Sequence record: DRR723986_4966
Strand: one strand, 5' to 3'
DNA: 33,238 nt
Made by a program: the position numbers and the translations under genes. Shown one piece after another: positions 27,723 through 33,238 of this stretch. The notes below the pieces were generated by a model. The model ran no database searches. It saw only the letters and a list, made by a program, of their open reading frames with translations, and was not told the origin of the DNA. Position 1 is the stretch's first letter. Every line of letters starts with the position of its first letter.

Positions 27723-29114
27723 TTATTTCTTAATCGGTTTAAGCTGCTGCAATAACGTTGGAATGAGTTCGGTGACAGTTGGATGAGTTTGTACAGAATT
27801 CATAAGTGTTTTATAGCTCAGTTTTCCATACATAGCGGTCAGAAATGTTCCAATGATTTCATCTCCACCTGTTCCAAAAACTGCTGCTCCCAGGATTTGT
27901 TCTGAGTCAGCATCCACGATTACCTCCATTTTTCCCTGAGTTTCTCCTTTTTCTTTTGCTCTGGAAATATCACTCATCGGCATTCTGGCAAAAAGTAAAT
28001 TCTTTCCAGTTTCCTTTGCTTGCGCTAGTGTCATTCCTGCACGTCCAAGGGGAGGATCAATGTATAAGGCATAATTCGTAATTCGATCGTCGAGCGTTCT
28101 AGTCTTATCCCCAAAGAGCTGATTTTCCATTATCTCGTAATCGTTATAGGATGTATGGGTAAAAGCACCTTTTCCGTTGCAATCTCCCAAAGCATAAATT
28201 CCTTCGATATTTGTCTCCAAAGTTGGACTTACTTCAAGGTATCCTCTTTGTGTAAGTTTTAATCCTGCTTTTTCTGGTTTCAATAGATCAGAGTTGGGCA
28301 TCCTCCCAGTCGCAATCAATAAATGAGTGCCGCTGATTTTCTTGTCTTTTCCACCTTTCTGAAAGGATACGATTACTCCCGCCGATTTTTTATTTTTCCC
28401 TTTGAGACAATGGGCACCACAGATCACTTTGATGTTTTCATTTTCTAAAACTTCCCGAACTTGTTCGGAGGTATGCTGATCTTCTTTCGAAATCAGGTAA
28501 TCACCCATTTCCAGAACGGTAACCTTCGAGCCCAAGCGATTGAAAATTTGCGCAAACTCTAATCCTATATAACTTCCACCAATTATTATCAGGCTTTCTG
28601 GCACCTTTTCAAGCTGCAGAATGGAACTATTAGTAAGAAGATCAACGTCCTCAAATCCTTCCGGAATTCTTGCTCTTGCTCCTACATTCAGAAAGATTTT
28701 ATATGATTTCAATACTCGAGAACCAACTTTTATTCTGGTTTTGTCCAAGAAAGTAGCAGTACCTCTAACCATCGATATTTGAGGAGAGTCTACCAGAGAT
28801 TTTCTTATGCCTAGCCTAGCCTGATTGACAAGCTTGTCTTTTCTTTTTTTGATTGACTTTAGGTTGACTTTGGTCGATTTGGGAACTTCGATTCCCAGAT
28901 TAGGAGCGTTTGATATTGCCCAGGCAGCCCTTGCACTCGCCACATAAGCTTTAGTCGGAGTGCAACCTGTATTGACGCAAGTCCCGCCCAAAGCTCCTTT
29001 CTCTACGATCGCTACTTTCCATTTTTCCTTGGCTAGCGCCAAAGCAAGGGGATTTCCTGCTTGACCAGAACCAATTATAATGGCGTCAAAAGTTTCTACT
29101 CTGTCTTCAATCAT
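27723..29114 (-). CDS. class-I pyridine nucleotide-disulfide oxidoreductase (MerA-like/RclA-like)
   Basis: IIGSGQAG, GGTCVNTGCTPTK, GGSYIGLE, ATGRMPN, GDCNG, HPTVTE; no C-terminal Cys pair. Confidence 0.9.
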   Translation of the reverse strand: MIEDRVETFDAIIIGSGQAGNPLALALAKEKWKVAIVEKGALGGTCVNTGCTPTKAYVASARAAWAISNAPNLGIEVPKSTKVNLKSIKKRKDKLVNQARLGIRKSLVDSPQISMVRGTATFLDKTRIKVGSRVLKSYKIFLNVGARARIPEGFEDVDLLTNSSILQLEKVPESLIIIGGSYIGLEFAQIFNRLGSKVTVLEMGDYLISKEDQHTSEQVREVLENENIKVICGAHCLKGKNKKSAGVIVSFQKGGKDKKISGTHLLIATGRMPNSDLLKPEKAGLKLTQRGYLEVSPTLETNIEGIYALGDCNGKGAFTHTSYNDYEIMENQLFGDKTRTLDDRITNYALYIDPPLGRAGMTLAQAKETGKNLLFARMPMSDISRAKEKGETQGKMEVIVDADSEQILGAAVFGTGGDEIIGTFLTAMYGKLSYKTLMNSVQTHPTVTELIPTLLQQLKPIKK

Positions 29115-29177
29115 ATGCTAAAAAGTTTGATGGATAAACTTTGATTCTCTAAAAGTTACAAACAGAAAGCCAGACAC

Positions 29178-29208
29178 AAAAAAAGGAGTCTGATATCCAG
29201 ACTCCTTT
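29178..29208 (-). terminator. intrinsic terminator after the hypothetical gene
   Basis: AAAAAAAGGAGTCTG-ATATC-CAGACTCCTTT. Confidence 0.85.
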
Positions 29209-29229
29209 GATATATGCTAATTTATATCC

Positions 29230-29811
29230 CTAGATTTTTGAGATAATCCAGCTGCGCACATTTCCATGAAACTCGTTGATAGCCTTGGTGTGAAAATAAG
29301 GGTAAATGACCTTGTCGCGAAACCAGGATCCGCTGCGGTAGAAGGTTTTGTGAGAAACTTCCGTTTTTCCGTCAGGCAGCGAATTAAATCGGATAAACTG
29401 AGAGCCTTCCGATTTGGAGTTCTCCAGGTAGCAGATTCTGATCAGCTTTTTCTCTTTGTCGATTTCCATCACTTCATGGCCTACCTGAAGTTTTACAGCG
29501 CCGTTGAACACATGCAAATTCAAAATGAGGACTTGCCCTTCACCCATTCCATCGGTATGAACCTGTCCGGGAAAAACTTCTTCGCCGGTTTGTCTGGAAT
29601 ACAATTGATGGAAATGTATCATTTTGCCGCTCCATGCCTGCTCTGGTGAAATATTCACATAGCTATCCCAAACTGTCTCGAAATCCTGATCATACAGATA
29701 TGTCTCTAGATGTTGGTGATAATTGGGATCAGCTTCCTGATAGCAAATGGAGTTTAAATTCGCAAAATCTAATTCTGAATTACGGCTCTTCTTTTCGGTG
29801 GTTTCTTGCAT
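29230..29811 (-). CDS. hypothetical protein
   Basis: 193-aa ORF with its own terminator; globular composition; family not recognised with confidence. Confidence 0.75.
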   Translation of the reverse strand: MQETTEKKSRNSELDFANLNSICYQEADPNYHQHLETYLYDQDFETVWDSYVNISPEQAWSGKMIHFHQLYSRQTGEEVFPGQVHTDGMGEGQVLILNLHVFNGAVKLQVGHEVMEIDKEKKLIRICYLENSKSEGSQFIRFNSLPDGKTEVSHKTFYRSGSWFRDKVIYPYFHTKAINEFHGNVRSWIISKI

Positions 29812-30002
29812 GAGGTATTACTATTCGTTTTTGCGAATCAGTTTCAAAGAAAACAAATGTCCCTCTATGGAACAATCCTTTGGTGATAAGAGGAAGAATT
29901 GATGGGTCGATAGTAAATTTTTGAAGCAGTCAGGAGACTACATTGCCATAGTTTCAAGCTCGCCTGGCGTCCGACATGTCTGAGGAATTCAACGAAATGA
30001 GT

Positions 30003-30045
30003 TGTGTCCTTTGGGTAATCCTCCTTGCTCACCGTGGTTAAAAAA
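30003..30045 (-). repeat. degenerate dispersed element, copy 2
   Basis: Minus strand TTTTTTAACCACGGTGAGCAAGGAGGATTACCCAAAGGACACA resembles 18179-18218. Confidence 0.5.
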
Positions 30046-30054
30046 GACTTTCAG

Positions 30055-30080
30055 AAAAAAAGGGGCTTGTTACAGCCCCT
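30055..30080 (-). terminator. intrinsic terminator of the S9 peptidase gene
   Basis: AAAAAAAGGGGCT-TGTTAC-AGCCCCT. Confidence 0.8.
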
Positions 30081-30086
30081 CTCAAT

Positions 30087-33020
30087 TTAAAATGCTCTTT
30101 CTTTAAGGTGTTCATCCAGATCGATCTTATCAATTCCTTTAGACATCCACTTTGGAGCCTCAGCTCCTTTGAGGTGGTGATCAAAGAATTCCATCATGCG
30201 AACTGAGTAATCTTTTCTGTTTTCCAGTTTACCCAAACCGTGATTTTCTCCTTTGTATTGAACCAAAATCACTGGTTTTTTTAACCTACGTAAAGCTGAA
30301 TAATACTCTATTCCTTGAGTGAAATCCACCGCTCCATCTTTATCATTGTGCAACATCAAAAGAGGAGTAGTTACGTTCTTCACATGATATACTGGGCTAT
30401 TTCGCTCGTAGGACTCCCAGTTTTCCCAAGGTCCTCCGGTAAATCTACCCTGAGAAGCTTCGAAGATCGACATATTTCCACCACCGGAATTCCAGTAAAT
30501 CAAATCGTACATGGAAATCATGTTGGTCAGCGGAGCTCCAGCAGCAGCGGCTTTGAACATATCAGTCTGGGTGATCAGGAATGCAGTCTGGTAGCCACCC
30601 CACGAATGCCCATGAATTCCGATGTTTTCTGGATCGATTACTCCAGTTTCGATCGCGGCTTTTACGCCAGGAATCACACACCAAACGGCTGACATGCCCG
30701 GATCATCCATGGTATAAACAATATCTGGAATAAATACGGCAAAGCCATTACTCGTATAAACGTTCGGGTTCCAACCAGTTCCACTGAATCCAGGGTTTGA
30801 CCAATTATGCCGAGTCTGTGATAGCTTTTCGTAATAGTAAACTACCGTTGGATATTTCTCCCCTTCCACATAATTGGATGGAAGGAAAAGTGCTCCTTGC
30901 AGTTTTTCACCTTTGTCGGACACATAATCAACCAAACGAGTGCCTGCTGACCAAGTGTATTTGCTTGCATCTGGAGCACTATCAGTCACTTTTGTTGGGG
31001 ATGAAAGAGATGCATCTGCTGTGAAAATTTGAGGCGGAGAATTGAAGGTTTCACTGCTAAAGAAATATACATCAGCATTCTCAGCTTTTCTCAAAGAACC
31101 TATACTTGCATCTTCCCAAACCAATGCTTTAGCACCAGGCTCCAAACCTTTTTTGGAAGCATTGATTACGGCAATCCCACTTTTCTTAGTCCACTCACCG
31201 TAGATTCTCATGTAAAGTGGTTTGCTTAGATTAATGCCTTTTTCATCGCGATCTAGCGAAAAACGGTACTGATATCTGATTTGATCAGTTCTGCCATTTT
31301 GGGTAAGATTTACTGCTTTTGCTTTGCCAGTTACTGGCACTTGCCAGATGTCCCAGCCGTCATTCAATAATACGTATTGACTATCGCTACTCCATCCCAA
31401 AGAGCCCTCCAACGGCTTTTTGACATTGTGATCGTCATCTTCATTCACGAAAGAAACTGGCAAGCCTGCTGTCAAATTCATCTCTTCTCCAGATGCAATA
31501 TCATAGCTGTAATAGTTGCCATCATAGCCATAAATCAACTTTGTACCATCCGGTGAACTACGAGGATATGAAGAATAGCCCGGAAGGTAGAAGTTGGTGA
31601 AAAGCGTCTTCTTCTCACCAGTTTTTAGGTCTACAATATAGAAGTCACGGTAATTCTGTCCATCCAGATTGCTTTGTAGTTCATAGGCTTGGTTGTCTGA
31701 TCCAATCGCATATTTTTCCTTTTCAAGAATGCTCAAGTCCCGCATAGTGCTGTCCTGAAGCTGAATGTGCTTTCCTGCAGCCACATCGTACATAGCATAG
31801 AGGCTGTAGTTCTTATCCTGATTTTCCAGTACTTGTTGACGGGATTGAAGTCGGCTATCGTTCCAGTGCCAGATAGTCATATCCGGGGTGTCAGCATCTT
31901 TTTCCTTTGGACTTACCTTCCCAGAGTCTAACTTCGAAAGTGCTTTCTTCAAATCAGCAATTGAGTTCATGGAGGTGTCAGCCATGATTCTTTTCATGGC
32001 TTCAGCCTCTGCCATCTTCACAGAATCCTTATCCAATTCTTTCTTTACCTCTTCTTTTTTGGCTAAAACCAAAGGGTGTATACCATAGAAAAGTCTGTTC
32101 AAATCCTCTGACCACATCGGACGGCGATTAGGACTGATCGTATATTCTTTTGAAAAACCAGTGGAATCTTTTGCTGGATCATAAACGGTCACCTGAGGGC
32201 TGCTAAGGTTCTTTACTCCGATTAATTTTCCTTGGTCTTGCTTATACTTTTTGTCTTTGACCATTTTCAAAGCCGCAAACGCATCGCCTTTTTCAGTCCA
32301 ATTTATAGACTTATAAGCAGCTTTATCTGAATCCAACACGCTTGTGCTATTGTTGGTCATGTTCAGGAGGTAAATGCCATTACCTGATTCATTCGCAGCA
32401 TCAACTGTGTATGCTAGGTAGTTTCCGCTTTTGTTGAAAGAGAACTCAGCTACATTTCCCAGGTTTTGCGCTTTTTTGGTATTGAGGTGATAGATTAAAA
32501 GATCTGAGCCTTTGGCATCTCCTCCTCCATCTTTTGTTAGGTTAATCGCAAGGTGAGTAGAAGCTTCTCCATTGAATGAGAAATTGCTCACATTTTCAAA
32601 GGTTTTTTTATCTTCTTTATCGGTTGAGCCTAGTTTCATTAGCGTAACCTTATCATGAAGTGGTTTCCCTTTAGATTTTTTATTAGCCTCCTTTTCCTTA
32701 AAAGTCGGATATTCTTTAAACGCGATCCACTTGCTATCCTCGCTAAATTCAATGGAAGGGTAGGAGGTAAATCCGATTTTAAAAGTCTGTGTGGAGTCGG
32801 GATCACTTACATATTGAAGAATTACTTCTCCGTCAGCTTCCAGAGCTGTCATTCCGTAGGCCACCCATTTGCCATCTGGAGAGATTTTGAAGGTTCCACT
32901 ATTCATGGATTTCCAGGTAGGAATATCCTTCCAGGAAATGGGCTTAGGGGTTTCGTCTTGAGCATTTGCCAGGTGAAATACCAAGCAAAATAGCCAGAAA
33001 AAGGTAAAGAGTTTTTTCAT
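30087..33020 (-). CDS. secreted S9 (prolyl oligopeptidase family) serine peptidase
   Basis: GHSWGG nucleophile, HNDKDGAVD, GENHGL; SPDG propeller repeats; signal peptide from ATG 33020 (33032 is an alternative). Confidence 0.93.
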   Translation of the reverse strand: MKKLFTFFWLFCLVFHLANAQDETPKPISWKDIPTWKSMNSGTFKISPDGKWVAYGMTALEADGEVILQYVSDPDSTQTFKIGFTSYPSIEFSEDSKWIAFKEYPTFKEKEANKKSKGKPLHDKVTLMKLGSTDKEDKKTFENVSNFSFNGEASTHLAINLTKDGGGDAKGSDLLIYHLNTKKAQNLGNVAEFSFNKSGNYLAYTVDAANESGNGIYLLNMTNNSTSVLDSDKAAYKSINWTEKGDAFAALKMVKDKKYKQDQGKLIGVKNLSSPQVTVYDPAKDSTGFSKEYTISPNRRPMWSEDLNRLFYGIHPLVLAKKEEVKKELDKDSVKMAEAEAMKRIMADTSMNSIADLKKALSKLDSGKVSPKEKDADTPDMTIWHWNDSRLQSRQQVLENQDKNYSLYAMYDVAAGKHIQLQDSTMRDLSILEKEKYAIGSDNQAYELQSNLDGQNYRDFYIVDLKTGEKKTLFTNFYLPGYSSYPRSSPDGTKLIYGYDGNYYSYDIASGEEMNLTAGLPVSFVNEDDDHNVKKPLEGSLGWSSDSQYVLLNDGWDIWQVPVTGKAKAVNLTQNGRTDQIRYQYRFSLDRDEKGINLSKPLYMRIYGEWTKKSGIAVINASKKGLEPGAKALVWEDASIGSLRKAENADVYFFSSETFNSPPQIFTADASLSSPTKVTDSAPDASKYTWSAGTRLVDYVSDKGEKLQGALFLPSNYVEGEKYPTVVYYYEKLSQTRHNWSNPGFSGTGWNPNVYTSNGFAVFIPDIVYTMDDPGMSAVWCVIPGVKAAIETGVIDPENIGIHGHSWGGYQTAFLITQTDMFKAAAAGAPLTNMISMYDLIYWNSGGGNMSIFEASQGRFTGGPWENWESYERNSPVYHVKNVTTPLLMLHNDKDGAVDFTQGIEYYSALRRLKKPVILVQYKGENHGLGKLENRKDYSVRMMEFFDHHLKGAEAPKWMSKGIDKIDLDEHLKERAF

Positions 33021-33208
33021 GTGTTTTTTCATTTAAGAATGTAAAATAAGTTTTTTTGATAGAAGTAGGGTGTCAAATTGATTGAACAGCTGCTAAATGG
33101 GGTGAAAAACTGGATATGAGCTTTTTGGAAAAGCAAAAAGTCCCAAATCTTCCGATCTGAGACTTTTTGAAAATTACAAACTGAATAATTCAAACTTCGT
33201 TTTTCTTT

Positions 33209-33238
33209 AACCGACAACCGACAACCGACAACCGACAA
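33209..33238. repeat. heptamer tandem repeat (AACCGAC)x4+, truncated by the window end
   Basis: Four perfect copies plus AA at the edge. Confidence 0.9.

Noticed and set aside
27723-29114. Calling the oxidoreductase merA or lpdA
   Set aside because: Lacks the C-terminal Cys pair and mer neighbours, and has no dehydrogenase-complex context; left at family level.
29150-29177. CarH/LitR-like operator repeats before the TspO-lipocalin operon
   Set aside because: The ACA-containing words lack a consistent 11-bp period or consensus.
29812-29930. Possible frameshifted N-terminal extension (FETDSQKRIV) of the hypothetical gene
   Set aside because: The alternative frame has no convincing start or signal peptide; cannot be supported without homologue alignment.
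33029-33238. 69-aa minus-strand ORF
   Set aside because: Starts in the translated heptamer repeat and covers the AT-rich promoter region; likely spurious.
1-33238. CRISPR array, prophage, transposase or defence genes
   Set aside because: No regularly spaced repeats or matching protein motifs seen.

Overview
Bacteroidota chromosomal window. Gene content, TAnnTTTG-type promoters and A-rich translation starts without Shine-Dalgarno motifs suggest Cytophagales, probably Cyclobacteriaceae/Algoriphagus-like (inference). Bases 1-8745 look accessory. They hold the tail of a probable polysaccharide-utilisation locus (two secreted DUF1593 nucleoside-hydrolase-fold paralogues plus a GH127 with the Glu-to-Gln acid/base signature of aceric-acid hydrolases), a stand-alone ribB, and a divergent GlxA/AraC regulator with an SRPBCC-VOC operon. 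The rest is mostly core: lolA, ftsK, pyrD, M28 peptidase, gcvP, lipA, OsmC, sdaAA, a cation/Ca exchanger, upp, NfeD-flotillin, an oxidoreductase-TspO-like-lipocalin operon and an S9 peptidase. I saw no rRNA, tRNA, CRISPR array, transposase or integrase. Intergenic DNA carries terminators, a REP-like multi-hairpin, a degenerate ~40-bp element repeated just after terminators, and a heptamer tandem repeat at the right edge. The best candidate for an undescribed system is the DUF1593 pair + GH127 (possible new furanosidases for rhamnogalacturonan-II). All family calls come from motif recognition by eye, not database searches.
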